DNA from: Trichoplax adhaerens
Lineage: Eukaryota > Animalia > Placozoa
Direction: 5' to 3'
NCBI RefSeq assembly: GCF_000150275.1
Contig: NW_002060958.1
Coordinates: 1,030,929 to 1,094,928, forward strand
Length of the DNA: 64,000 nucleotides
Shown: one piece after another, positions 13,452 through 27,900 of the stretch
Layout: each line of letters begins with the position of its first letter
Numbering within the stretch: the first letter of the stretch is position 1
Notes under the pieces: model-generated
The model's input: only the letters and a program-made list of their open reading frames with translations
What the model was told of the DNA's origin: nothing
The model's database searches: none
Position numbers and translations under genes: made by a program

Positions 13452-15015
13452 TTGTAGTGATAAGACTAACTTCAGTCCTCGTAAGGTTTGGATTGTAATT
13501 ATAAATGTACAGGAATTCAATAGCGCTTGCTGTCATTATATACATCAACAGATATTAACTGATATATAAAAAGCCACTATGGTAGTCTTCAAGGGTTTGG
13601 CAATTTGATGTATCTAACTCCAGTGGAAGTTCTTATGCATTTTACTTTTGTGCAAGTTCTACTGGAAAAGAAGTTAAAAGCCCCTGGCCTGAAAATATTT
13701 ATTTGTTTTTGTTAAGTATAAATTTGTAAAAGTCTCAATTCTAATATTGCAATATGCTGTACATGACATTGTATGGTAGTAGTACATCATCGAAATACTG
13801 TACAGTATTAAACCCAGTCTACTCTAACAGAATGGTTTCGTTGAAGTTTTTTAAAAGTGATGATGGTTTAGTGTTGATTTTTTTTTGTATTACCTTTTCA
13901 GTTGTACTTGCTATGATCTACTATAGGTCCTAAATCCTTTGAAACATTGATTGTTTTAATAAAATTATACGACAGTGCAAGTAATAATTGGGATTTTTTT
14001 GATCGTGGAAAACACTTGTATGGAACAATAACTGTTGGCTCCTCGGTGAAAATTGGCATGATGATTGATAAACTGACTAATAGGAACGATTGTCTATAGT
14101 ATTCATTACCGTAGGTAGGATCACACTCAATACAGAGAATAAATTCCATAGTGACTACCGTTTTGAATAAGTGTGCCGTATTAAAGGAATGTTACCAGTA
14201 CATCTCAAAATCGCCTTTATGAAACATTTACTATGTTCTTCTCTTTAATTCGTCGATGCAGCACTCTGGTGTGTTCGACACTGAGTGTTAACTTACAATG
14301 GTACGTGTTTGCTTGATATGCAGTAAGTAGTCCTTCAAAAGAAGAGCAATTTCATTAAATTTAGCTTTTTTATTGAAATTAATATAATTCTCACTTTCAA
14401 TGAGTTAATTAATATATTCGGTATTATAAAAAGTAGTTGTACCGTAAAAATTTTTACAGTATTGTACTTCTTGTCATTCAACATCACAATTTCATTTGCA
14501 TATTTTATGTATGAGGATATACTCATGTGTAAATGAGAAAGCAAATATTCTAGCCATATTGACTATTGCAATACCCTTAGCTAATGCTTTGTTTTGTAGT
14601 TTATAGTGTAGATATATATCTTACGTCGTATCTTAAAGTTGAAAGCTACAAGAAATTGTTGACAAATGTAATAATATTTTACGCTAGCTAAGATAGCGAA
14701 AATCAACTATATAAGCTGCTATATATTACATGGACTTTTATTGCAGAAATGCATCGTACAAGATATGATTCACGATTGTATCGATGTATTTTGATTACAT
14801 CACGATAATCTAAGCTAATTAACAAGTTTATACGAAAACAAGCCAAGCGATAGGTGCTGGAATTACTAGTGCCTATTATAGGATAAATAACGTAACAGGC
14901 GCCAGCAGTTCTGAAATACAAGTTCTTGCGTAGCAATGAAAACTTTAAGTCAGAAAATGTCATGGTTTTTCGAGCTTCCCAGATACCGTTTCACTTTATT
15001 TAATCTATACTGCTT

Positions 15016-18000
15016 TTACTGTGGTGGAGGATATTGAGGATATTGAGGATAACCCTGTGGTGGTGGAGGGTAGGTTCCAGGCATTGGAACATACTGTTGA
15101 GACGGATGAGGAGGATAAACCGGCTGTTGGCCCTGGTAAGGATATTGATAAGGCATTGGCTGACCAGGTTGTGGTTGTTGTGTTGGGTAAGGATATGGCT
15201 GCCCTTGCGGAGCATACATAGGTTGAGGAGCACCAGGATATTGTGGTTGTTGTGCAGGGGGTGCAACTGCATAATTTGGCTGAGGTGCAGCAGCAGGAGG
15301 CTGAGCTGAAGCTGGAATGGAACTAGTCGATGTGGGCGGCGCACTGCTACTCGGTGGTGGAGGTCCTAGCGAGAATAGTTAATGTTGTTTATCAATACAG
15401 AAAGGTTGATAATCCATGCATGATTCAATAAATTACAGTTAATGGTTGATAAATCATATTCTTATGATAAAGTAGTAGTATTGTAAAGTTTAAGACCTAG
15501 AAGGGCAATATCAACTGATTAAATAGAGATTATAATAAACTATAGCACCTAATACTACTGTACTTAGCCGGTAAACCGAAATTATTACTTACTTTGGGGT
15601 GCTGCTGCCTTCTGATGATGACTAGGGATTGATGGAGTCTGGTTGTCAGCTTTCGATAGATCTTGTTGTAAATCCCTATGATAAAAGGACACTAGTAATT
15701 TAGTAATTGAAGGGTACATGTCATAAAAATAATAAGCAAGAAAATATTATCACAAATAACATACCCGAGTAATCCTTGCAATTCAGTTTTACGAGCAAAG
15801 ATAAGGTCACTAACTTTTGTTTGTGTTTTGACCAAAAGATTAGTTAGGTCATTATAAAACTGCATCAAAGAGAAACCGAAAGAGCAAATGAGTAATTTAT
15901 AAATTCAATTTTCAATTATATCTTTTCGTAATATAAGTTTATAAGAAGAAAGTCGAAGATACTAACTTTGGTGCCTTCCATCAGATGTTTGGTCAATTCA
16001 GTAAAAGCATCGTAGGCGGCGGCCAAATCAGATAACGTTTCTTCTCGTTTATTAGCTCCGGAGCGAGATTGCCTTTCGGCAAGAAATTCCTGGTTTGCAG
16101 CCTATTTTTAGATCAACAAATAGTAATAAATAATTTTCGTAGGTGCAACGTTAGTTATTACTATAATTCATTACTAGAAGAGAATTAAACTTTCACTGAA
16201 TTATCGTAACATGTTCAGGATGGCATAAGAAACTCACTCTGAGTTGCGTTTCAATGTCTCGTTGTCTGGAGATGGTATCGGCAATTTGGTTTACATAAAC
16301 ATTGTAAGTACTATCTAAATTTTGCTTGGAGATATCCTCATCTTGCAGGACACCATCAGCAGCTAAAGCTGCTAGAAATTTAGGTGCTGAATAAAACGTG
16401 GATATCAGACGTATCAATAAACAATAACCATGAGTTGTACATAAATTCTCCTATAAATAGTCACTATTAGTTAAAATGTACTTATATCGCAGGTAGCCGA
16501 TTTCAATTCAGATTCAATTACTTGTCGTTCAGCAATAATACCATCAATTTGGTCTATTAGGCGTTTAATGTTGACGACAGCCTATAAATTTAAATTTAAA
16601 TACCAACATTTATTGATAGTTCAATGACAGTGTATAAAAATGATGTTAGTATGTACACACTTTGCTATTAGCTACAGCATTTCCGCTTCCGGTCTTTGGG
16701 ATGTAATTTTTTAATTCAACCTAAATGATGGGTTAGAATTATAGTCAGTCAAAGAATAGCGAACCTACAGCAAAACCAGCTTGATCATACCTCTCCCTTA
16801 CTAAGTACAATCATAGCATTACGGCTTTTGTTATATTTATCTCGCACGATTGCATCAGCTTTCAATGCATTTTCAATGATGCCTTTATATTTGTTCATTT
16901 CAATACGTAATGATGCTGTGAGTTTATCAGATGGCATTCTGGTCCATTTTTCTTTAAATCTTTGGCGCATTTGTTTATCGTCTTTCTCTTCATCATCCAT
17001 CATACGAGTGGTCTTAAAAAATGTTTAAGTACGGGAAGTATTGAATTATTTTCAATAATGAAAGTAAATAGGAATTCTAATGAAGGTATCGTTGTAACTG
17101 CAAACCTCTGTAACAATTTCTTGATTTCTTTGTAATAATGTTGGCAGTTCATTAAACATGCTATCTATTTTCTGGACGCCACCATCTTGTATTAATGCAG
17201 CAGACTTGTCTAAAAGCGATTGTGGTACAGAATTTCCACCAGTATCTTCAATTGCTGCAGGTAAATTTAATTCAGCTAAAAGACTATAAAATGCCAATTA
17301 TGGATAAAGATTAATAACGTCCCTACAGTAAACTGTATACAATTCATACAACATGTATTCTAGCACAATTTAAAAGACCTTTTTAATTGTTGCGTATTAT
17401 CTGTAAGCTTTTTAAGCTCGGAAGTAACCAAATCCTGTTGACGTTCATTGTACCTCGATACAGCATTGTGAATGTTTAGAGGAACAACATCAGCGAAAAT
17501 ATCTTTAAAATTTGCAGATGCTGGATTATTTAAGCGGATGGGTTTGCCAATAGCTGCACCTTGGACGGCGGGAATTCTGTCTTTGTCAGGAACTAATTCA
17601 TGATAAATGAAGTCATTATCCTTTTGTGCAGCTTGATAAGCTTTAGTAATCTTGTTGCGCAAATTCTATGAAAACAATTGATTGAGATATCGTCATTAAA
17701 GTATCCTGCGTACAGAATATTCAATTTAGAGTTGCATAAAGTACAATCAAAGCAAAAGCTATGTCGGACAAACCTTTGCATCGGTGAGTGTGCTACTGTA
17801 GCTTTCAGCTTGTTGCATTAAAGAGCTAGCGTGCTAAAAGAATTAATAATAAATTTACAATCCATAGCTTAGGGACAGGCTGTAGTGAGTTTATTCACAC
17901 AAAAGGCTAGTTGCATATATACGCTGTATGATGTTACCGTTAATGTACGATGGTGTTTTGTACACTAGCATAATAATAATAATGTGGTACTAACTTTTAA

Positions 18001-20771
18001 TCGAGCCAATTCTTCACCAATCGCCCCGCTAGCTTTGGCAACTAGAGCCTGATGATATTCAGCCACGGCGTGATACATTGCCTGTTTACCTGATACCATA
18101 GGTAGCCAATCCTTTTCCCATAAAGCACGTACACCAGGTGTTTGCATGTTTTTGAATGCATCAGCATAGTTATTTCCAGTTTGCATGGCAATTTTTGCGA
18201 CAATTCCATCTTTCATTTTATCTAAAGCAAGTTGATAGAGATCGGCGCATTATTTTCGTAATAAATTTATAGTACTGTATGAGAAGATTTCTAATTCATC
18301 CATTATGAGCCAGATGCGATAGCTTTAAAGTTGTGTATACGGATTGTACGGATTGTAACTAAGATAAGCAACCGGGAAAGCAAAGGGTACCTTGACTGGC
18401 TTTAAGATAAAATGTCTCTTGAGATTGGGCAAGCATCAGTGCACTTAGAGCCGTTAAGCATTCAATAGATAAATCTGGAGTTGTTCCTTGCGGAATATTG
18501 CTTGGAATATATTCTCGTAAATATTCAAAGATGCCAGCTGCAGTCTAGATATTCAATTTGATAAGAATTTGTTATAGTCAATTCAAATAACTTGCTATTC
18601 AAATGCAAGACAAGCAATTTTACTACCTGAAAGTATTTAGCAGTTAACTTCAAGCCATCATCAGTGTCAAGATTTTGAGTAACTGCAATTTGACTAGAAA
18701 GTGCGGCTGCATTAAATAGAACGCAAGATTTCTCAAAAGGCAAACTCTTTGCACCTTTGAGAGAAAGTATAATTGGGCAACGTTAGAATATTGTCATAGT
18801 TGGCCTGTCAATACAAATCTAGTAGATGGATTGATCGTTTCGTGCACAAACGAGCATCGATAGCGCATAGTAACTCAACATGCAGGTTGATAAGTTGCAA
18901 TTAAATAGTGATGTACTGTCTATATAGAATAAAAGAAATACTAACTATGTTTTCTAGTACCAAACAGGCTGCCCTTGTCGAAAGCGTCTTGCCAAGTAAA
19001 CGTTACACGTACCTGTCCACGTATAGAATAAATTAGTTCATTCAATTTCGATATTCCATCGATTTTAAATATTATTATTTATCAGTATTTTTAGATCAGA
19101 GCAAAAAGTATATTTATCTTATCAATGCAACTGACTAGGCGATCAATAAGAGAAAGTGGGTAGAACTGATCGCGGTGGAAATCTACTACTGTACTTGCAC
19201 TGCGGTACGACAGTTTGTAGAGAAGATTGAATTTTATGACTGAAGGTTGCGGTTGAAGTTTTCTTACCTCGCTCTCAGACACTGGCATCTTGGCTTCCAT
19301 GACATTCAATTGATCGTAGTATCTACAATGTTCGAAGTATAAGGATACCATTCAGTGACACTCTATGTACAACAGAACATTACGCCAAATTCTTTTGGGT
19401 AGAATTGTTGTTCTGCTTTAGTTTACTCTTTCAGCATTTACAACGAGTGTAAGATAATCTAGTCTAATTAGAGTACAAGTTTCAATTTATTTGCTCTTTC
19501 TAACAATAGTCATGCATCATCGTTAATAAAACGTGCAAGCAATATTTATAAATAGACTTGATACAGGGTTGATCGATGTCAAAACTGAAGACTTATTTAA
19601 GTTGCTACTCTCGTCATTAGGCTTCAATTTGAAAGTGCTAGTTATTTGCTTCAGTATCCATAGACACGTACTGTACATATCGGATTTTTCAGTCTAAAAG
19701 TTGCTGTGTTTATTTCAATGGGCTCGTCAATAATAATATTAACACTATTTGATTGGTAGTTCATACGCCGTTATTTTGCTGTTATGTTTTGCAATCGTTG
19801 CATTCTATTTGAATGACAATCAGTTTATTGCGTATAGCCTAGAGGTGATTTTTAATGGATGGATATGCTTGATGGAATGAACTATCCACGAGAGGATGAT
19901 GATTGTTCATTATCTCTTATTTTATCTTCCTATTGAACTTGGAAACTACCGTAATCGCTTTCATCACTATACGCGTCGAATGGATTGTAAAGACGATTGA
20001 TTGCTTTGCCAGGCAGAAATTGATGTACAATATTACCCAGTTGGTTGAACTAGAGTACGATGTTGTGACTGTGTACCAGGGTATATCAACACACTGTATC
20101 TATGTTGGCAAAGCCAAAGTGTTTGCATCGCAGTAAAGAAAACTCCCAGTTGAGCGATTATCATCTACGATTCCTCATGGCTACCATTGAGTAACATCGA
20201 TTAAAAAGAAAGATATTCCACTATTGAAGTGAACCTTTTTCTCTACCACCATTGCTACTATACGATCATTCCATTTTCCTACATGGTTTGGATGTAAAGT
20301 AAAGTCGATCGAATTGGTGCAAGCAGCCAATATCCATCCAGTGCAATGTGTAGGTCTAGCACCCAGATTTGCATCAGAAAAATGGGTGAACCTGTTTCCA
20401 CTTTCAGCTACAATACTGTACTCGACGCCGTCGTCCTGTACGCTACTGCGCATTACTATTAGGGCCAAGGGACTGGAAATCAACATGACCTATTTTACGA
20501 CCATTGAATGTAGCATGCAAGAACCTGGAAAAGATCGTTATGCTGTTATTGCTATTGGAGTCTTTCCTCACCTGAGTAACATTTGTACGGCACTTTCATG
20601 CTTATCCAATCGCTTAGTGGCATTATTACGCAAAGTTTGCAATTCGTCAATTTGCCCCTTGAATTGACCTCGTTCTTTATCGTAAGTATTGGCAATGAAT
20701 TTATCTAACGGCTTGGAAAAATCGGTGGAATCGGCTTTCTTTAAAGCTAAAACAATAAATCGATCAGCCAT
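15016..20771 (-). CDS. PDCD6IP: ALIX / programmed cell death 6-interacting protein (Bro1 domain, V domain, proline-rich tail), multi-exon
   Basis: [30 protein letters not shown]; RYYDQL; [16 protein letters not shown]; [18 protein letters not shown]; [12 protein letters not shown]; [12 protein letters not shown]; [13 protein letters not shown]; LMEGTKFYNDLT; C-terminal P/Y/Q-rich tail ending YPQYPPPQ* at 15016. Confidence 0.97.
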
Positions 20772-20915
20772 TTTCCCCTCAATTTGGATGCACTCTTGAA
20801 TTTTTTCGCCCTTTTCTCCTCCACTCCAACTATTACTGTCAAATTAGGCCAAAGGATATCCAAATTCACTGGGGGAACTTTTCGCCTTTGGATTCTTCTT
20901 TGCACTAAAGTGTCA

Positions 20916-21150
20916 CTAGTACAGGACTACTGGTCCGGTCGCAAGGCAGTCGTCCACCTTTATACTGTACAGCCTTTGGTCATACTGTACACTGTACAGG
21001 ATTGCCAGTCCAGTCGAAGGTCGTCCAATACCGTACAGTCCATGTCTGACTGGACGAGAGACTGTACTGTACACTGTGGAATGGAATACTGTACTGTACT
21101 GTACTGTACAGTACAAAGCCTCTCCGTACACAATACAATGTACTGTAAAG
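20916..21150. repeat. TACAG/TACTG tract upstream of ALIX
   Basis: For example TACTGTACTGTACTGTACTGTACAGTACA near 21087-21115, plus scattered TACTGTACACTGTACAG. Confidence 0.8.
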
Positions 21151-21540
21151 CGACCGACTGCCTATGACGTCGCACGACCCAGAGCCACACCCATCGCCAT
21201 CGTCTATACCCCCTCCCATAGCAGGAATACTAAATTATGATGATCAACTCCATTTTTCTTCTGATTACAACCACCATGTTAGGCCTGTGACGATGTTAAT
21301 TGCCAACAATCCCCTTCATGAGACGATCATGGCAAGGTTGAATCGCTACAGGGAAATTGGGGGTTGTATGGCATTTGTTTCTGCCTGGTAAAAGCTAAAC
21401 ATGGCCAAGTATTGATTTTCTCTTTTAATAATGGCGTGAGTGATCTCTTGGACAAACTGGAAATACCGTGTATGATACCATACTAGCGGATCGATACAAA
21501 TCCACTACGTAGCATGGCACTGCAGCCTTCAAAGGACTAG

Positions 21541-23055
21541 ACAAGTCTTCCAATGACTTGACTGAGAGTCAACACGATTCAAGTGACGTCATTCGCGCGT
21601 GACAGTATTGTACCACGGCCGAGTGAAACCCCAACGGTCGAGTACGGTAATGTTCTAATTTTAGTACAGTGACGTAAACCAAGAACCTCGATCACACTCG
21701 ATGACGTCACTAGTCTGGTGGTCGCTTATACGCAACTACAGGGCTGGAGATTGACCACCATGGCACGTGACTTGTACAAGGCTGCCACCGACTGCACATG
21801 CGCCACTGTCGGATGGCATGGATTGGAAAGTGGACCGAAATCCAATTTCTCAATATGGCAAATCAAAACATCAAGAGCGAATTGCTCTAGGTTGGACTGA
21901 TCTATCTGCTTGGATTATGAGCTCATTTGAAAGTATATTTCTTCCAAGTTGAATGATATAATTTAAGGCGACACTATAGCTGAACAGTGAACATCTTTCA
22001 GCTATTTTAGAGGCCTTGCTATGCTGTTGTCCTACTGGTCTTCTAGACAGTGCATGACTGCGAAAGCGCAACAAAACCTCCACTTGATCAGCGCCTCCTA
22101 CAAAAGCAATGCAAGAGACAATTTCTCTCTATTTTGAGGTAGCTTCCGACATGGGACTCGACTGCAACGATACAACATGCTCATGGCATAGATTATCACA
22201 GTACAGTCAATGCATCGTTTAGTTTACTTTTATGGCACTGGTATGGTGCTCGGAAGTTATTCCCTGCCCAAGAGTGATCATGCTGCAAAAGTACCACTCA
22301 GCTTCGACTTGATCAGGGACTTGCAGAGAAATCGAAGCAATTCCTCTCTATTTGAATTAAAGATACTTTTAATATGAGGAGTAAGACTGTACTAATAATA
22401 GCAGGGTCATGGTATGCATTACCACAATGTAGAGTAAATGCATCCTTTAGTCTGGTAATCCTTCTACTCTACAAGATAGATTAGTCAGTATGACTACGGT
22501 AAATATTTTGTTGCAGTGTATGTCAATGGCACTGAGATGGAGGAAAACCCGTGGCCGTGAATCTATCGTTCCACATGAAATTGTGCCAGTCTTCATCAAT
22601 GCTTCCTATCCAAGGTTAATAGGCTGTACTGGCCACAAAGTAATGAAATCAACAATGACTCTCATTTTAGCCTCGTCTGCAGTTGATCCTTAACCGGTTC
22701 ATTCGTGCAGTGGGGATAGAATGGAGATAGCGTAAGCTTCACAAGACAGCCAGGACAAGATTTTAAACTGAAAAGAAGGATAGTCTATGGAGTACTTGCT
22801 GATTGTATACTGTAAACCTTGCCTTCAACGAGGTAGAAGTAGAAAATGGATTGGAAAGCGTATGATAGCCGCCCAATACAATCGATTTCAGTCGGCAATA
22901 TTGTCATTCACTCATAAATTACCTTGATCGTCCTAGCCATGATACCCTACCTGCATTAACCCCTGAAGGAACAGGCATGAGAATTGCAAAATTGCCCATA
23001 GTTTACAGCTAGCCTTGCATAGATGACATCAACATCCATCATATTAATCAATACA
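21541..23055. repeat. ~1.5 kb dispersed repeat, copy 1 (copy 2 starts at 62403); possible non-autonomous element or segmental duplication
   Basis: Near-identical to 62403-~63890 in direct orientation; the short ORFs MEVLLRFRSHALS... (21871/62736) and MARDLYKA... are shared. Confidence 0.9.
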
Positions 23056-24030
23056 ATCTAGAATGAAGTTAATAATTCACTCATCACAAACTACAGGTGA
23101 CATCGAAAGTATCATTTTAGCTGTTAGTGAGTGATCGTCACTGTAATACGTCTTATGTGAGTATAAGGATGAGATCTAAAGTTGATGTTTGCAGAGTGCA
23201 TCAACAAACTATCCACCTCCATTAATGACGACTTACAATTTCGAGACAGGATCTAGAATGAAGTTAATAATTCACTCATCACAAACTACAGGTGACATCG
23301 AAAGTATCATTTTAGCTGTTAGTGAGTGATCGTCACTGTAATACGTTTTATGTGAGTATAAGGATGAGATCTAAAGTTGATGTTTGCAGAGTGCATCAAC
23401 AAACTATCCACCTCCATTAATGACGACTTACAATTTCGAGACAGGATCTAGAATGAAGTTAATAATTCACTCATCACAAACTACAGGTGACATCGAAAGT
23501 ATCATTTTAGCTGTTAGTGAGTGATCGACACTGTAATACGTCTTATACGAGTATAGGGATGAGATCTAAAGTTAATATTTACATGGTGCATCTAGAAACT
23601 GTCTACCTCCATTAATGACGACTTACAATTTCGAGACAGGATCTAGAATGAAGTTAATAATTCACTCATCACAAAGCACAGAAGACATCGAAAGTATCAT
23701 TTTCGCTGTTAGTGAGTGATCGTCACTGTAATACGTCTTATGTGAGTATAAGGATGAGATCTAAAGTTGATGTTTGCAGAGTGCATCAACAAACTGTCCA
23801 CCTCCATTAATGACGACTTACAATTTCGAGACAGGATCTAGAATGAAGTTAATAATTCACTCATCACAAAGTACAGAAGACATCGAAAGTATCATTTTAG
23901 CTGTTAGTGAGTGATCGTCACTGTAATACGTTTTATGTGAGTATAGGGATGAGATTTAAAGTTAATATTTACATGGTGCATCTAGAAACTGTCCACCTCC
24001 ATTAATGACGACTCACAATTTGGAGACAGG
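23056..24030. repeat. Tandem array, 5 x 195 bp
   Basis: ATCTAGAATGAAGTTAATAATTCACTCATCAC begins at 23056, 23251, 23446, 23641 and 23836. Confidence 0.97.
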
Positions 24031-24984
24031 ATAATGATGAAATTATACCACTGGCAATAGCCAAACTTTTTCAAGTTAAAGCCAGGGGAATAGGATAGAC
24101 TAGCTATCAGTCCATCATGTACAAATCGATCAGGTCTTTTTGAGTACTACAAGTTGTTCATCTTGTATTTCTTGCTTTTTCACTAAAGCGTGCTACATCC
24201 TGCTAGGCACTGGCTCTTGATCATATTACTAGTAACACACCATGCTGCTGACGAGTCCTGACAGCTATTCAACTCTGCCAATGGTTGATTACTTGATAGA
24301 TATAGGCATTTATTGCCATTCAATACGAGTTAAAACATTATTTAGTATATTGTAATAAGGGTATTTATTCTTTTATTGATGTAGTAGACGGATTAGAATT
24401 TATATAATTAGATTGTGGTTAGAATAGCTATCCTTGACTCTGTAGATCGAAACGGCAATTCTTTCAGAATATAGTCATTGTATTGCAAGGAAATTTATGG
24501 ATAATTTAAAACTATTTGTATGAATCACACGACACTAGTTGATGCTAGGATACTCTACTATAGTTTATATCTTACAAATTAAGAAAGAATTCGAAGTAAT
24601 AGTATAACATCAAAGTAGAATCACGGAACACAAGAGCTGATTATGCAAATTCCCATATGGCAAGAGAATCGATAGGAGACCAAATCGATTCGTCAACAGG
24701 TTATAATTTAAATGGTAAAAACTCTGAACGAATATCAAGTTAGAGAAAACAACTTTTGTAATATAGCCTAGAAACCATCTGCAGCTATAGTTGTCTCTTA
24801 CCCAGAAATAAAAATATAGAATATGGCTGTCTTTACTATTACTGTCATGGATACGCATTCGCATATATTAATAATATTAATATGATAAATTGAGCTACGA
24901 TGATGCAAACAAAATAAAGTAGCACCATCAGACATCGTTGTAGGTATAACTATAATACAAATCAATTTACTTATACTGTAGGAT

Positions 24985-27900
24985 CTATTCCATATTGTCC
25001 ACCACGATAGCTCTTTTACGGCGATCAATTGGTATCTCTAAGGTATATTTCATGGCAGCCCATTTGCTATGATACTGTAATAAGAAGAAATAACGGTTAT
25101 TTAACATGCCAGAAAAGGCTTGATGCCATCCAATACGATAACAACGACAATTTAGTTGAGTAGTTGTTATTCACCTGTTCATAAACTTTACATCTTCTTT
25201 CTGAATATTCCAGCAATATTTGTTGCATTTCCAATTCTTTTTGATAGTCAAATTGCTCAATCTCATTCGACATATCTAAGCACATGACTTCTAGATGAGC
25301 TTTAGATGCATTCTGCTTCGATAGAACCTGCAATATTGGCGCACAAGGGCAAGAAAATGGTATAAAAATTGCATTAATAAAATAAGTTAGCTTACTCGGG
25401 CGTGCTTCCTCTGCAGTACTTAAATCCTCAACTTTGATTACCTAACGAGTAGAACAGAAACAACTATAATCCTACATTGCTTTTACCTCATTGCGGCTTT
25501 CGCTAAAAGGATTGTCTAAATCTTCATTGCTACATAGAACGACCTTTCCATCCGGTTGTTGGCTCTAAGTTTGACAGACAAAAATAATAAGTACAGTTCG
25601 ATCAATCAATCACGTCCAGCAATGGTTAGACTATATATTATACTATCAAGCTACACAGGACGTACATTGGCATTCTCATACTGCCTAGCTTCTTCTTCCC
25701 AGAATAGGAAATTGTCGATAGCGCGTTCAATTCGATCAAGGTACGTCTAAAGTGGATAAATGAAACTAATGTTTTACCAAACTGCTATCAACGTAAAGAG
25801 GCCATTACGTAAATATTCATAAGCAAAGTGCTAATGTTTTTAATTATGTTTTCTTTCAAGCAAAAGTTTCTACACTACTGTTTCTACACTACAGGTCTAC
25901 AGCAGGCATCAAACTGCGGTCTTAAAAATGTCTTGCAAACGGAATTTACTATCTCTACTGTCGTGCAATTACAGTTTTTCCCCCAGAGATAGCCAGTCTC
26001 ACTTTGAGTATATTGCTACCGGTTTTAATTAAAGTATTTCTATTCAACACAATTTTCTATCACTACCATCTAGTCTGCAGTATTTTGAAAGATAGCCAGC
26101 ATCATCTTGACAATATTATCACAAAAAATAACAAAAAATCTTTCATTTAGTAGCTAAGTGCCATCACAAACGGTCTGCATGACAGTTTCTAAGAAGAACT
26201 AGTATGACAGTATCGCCTTGACAGTATTGAAACAACAGTTGAAATAAATCTTTCAAATAGCAATATGACGACAAAACATCTTTCATGAACAGCTATGGTG
26301 CCATCACTAATATTCTACACTGCAATTTTCCAAGGATAACTAGTATGACCCTGACAGTATTGAAGCAAAAGTTGGAATGAAATTCTTCAAATATGATTTA
26401 CAAGTGTTGACAATATTGAAGCAAAAATAGATGAACATTGCTTGCTTAAATCACCATAAAATTCCCCTTTTGTGCAGTAAGCTATTGATTCTGATAGAGT
26501 AGAAACATTTCAACTTACCTTTGCACTTTGAACATAGGCAATCAAACTCAATATATCCAAAATTAAGGATTGATCATTGATTAAATTCTATATCGTATTA
26601 GTAGCAAAAGAAAATGAAATAAGATCATCAATAAAAACGATCGTCTATACTTAACAAATCAGCGATACAACTGCAGCTAATAGACTTGAAAGCCTATAGT
26701 ATAAAACTTGGCTATATCGAGCCCCTTTGACTCACTTTATTCTTATCGGCTTCATCTTGCATTCGACAAAGCTGAGAGCAAATTTCCTAAATAAAGGCAC
26801 ATTTCATTTTCATATTTTAGCCATTCTCTCCTCAAAAAGAATAGAGGCTTAAATTTTTATGGTATACGCTATCGTTGAGTTAAATTTAGCGTTACTATCA
26901 TCAAAATACCAAATGAATCACCTGGAGAAATGTATCACTTGGTTCAGAATGACCAATACCTTCTATTGCATGGAAAACGGTATCTACATTATCAGAATGA
27001 TATCCATAACGGTCGTAAGAAGTGTAAAATTGAGTAAATCACGCCGCAAACGTAGTATACAGTAGTAAATATGCTATTCAATGATCTAGGTGGAATAAAC
27101 GACACTAATCATCTTTTGCGAAATAGTAGACCTGATATTTTGCTCTTATCCATTTCTTCTATGTTGTTCTGCAACATAGTTAAATTGGCAATTAAAGTAT
27201 TCATGTAATCCTGATAAATGAATAAGATTAAAAGAAATGGATAAATATTCATATTAAAAGCAGAGAACTGCAAAATATCAGCATTGAATGGAAAGGGTTG
27301 TAATAAATCATTATTTCAAATGCAGTATACATATATATTTATGAGTCCATGTTTCTACTCTCAATAAGTGTTTTGAAGCTCGTTGACCTAATATAAAATG
27401 ACTATTTCCTACAACTACTTTATATCATGTCTAATATCGACATACCTGTGCCTTACGAAGCGTTGAATTTTCGTCTTTCTCCATCCGAATAGGTTTATGA
27501 TGGATCGTTTCATATGGATTTTCTAACTGACTGTAATCGTTTTGAATCGATTTTAGCTCCTAAAATAAAGTTATAGTGGAAGATTTAGGCATGCATAATA
27601 CGACCAGTAATCAACGCAAGATAAATCTATGATGGGTGGTAGTAAAACCTGGTTTAATATTCGTATTGGAGTAGTTATTTACCTCGTTGGAGCCAGTAAT
27701 AAATACTTTAAAATATGGGTGTTTTCGAAGAATCTAAATAGTTCATTTCATAAATGAAAATAGAATAGAAAAATTAAATCCGTGATTCGAAAGTATGGAA
27801 TGTTGTAGCCAACATTGAGTTAATATATTATACACTCGTAGGATAACTATAATGTCATAGCAATAGACATACTAAGCTCTATATAAATTGATTAAACAAA

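Noticed and set aside
15000-15344. Overlapping ORFs on both strands at the ALIX 3' end
   Set aside because: Shadow frames of the proline-rich ALIX terminal exon.
22985-23055. Minus-strand DCID.YDGC.CHLCKASCKLW, reminiscent of an ShK cysteine motif
   Set aside because: Contains two in-frame stops and the spacing is wrong; not supportable without a search.
26150-26430. Degenerate ~140-bp duplication inside an SNX-like intron
   Set aside because: Real but short and highly diverged, with no evidence of function or element ends.
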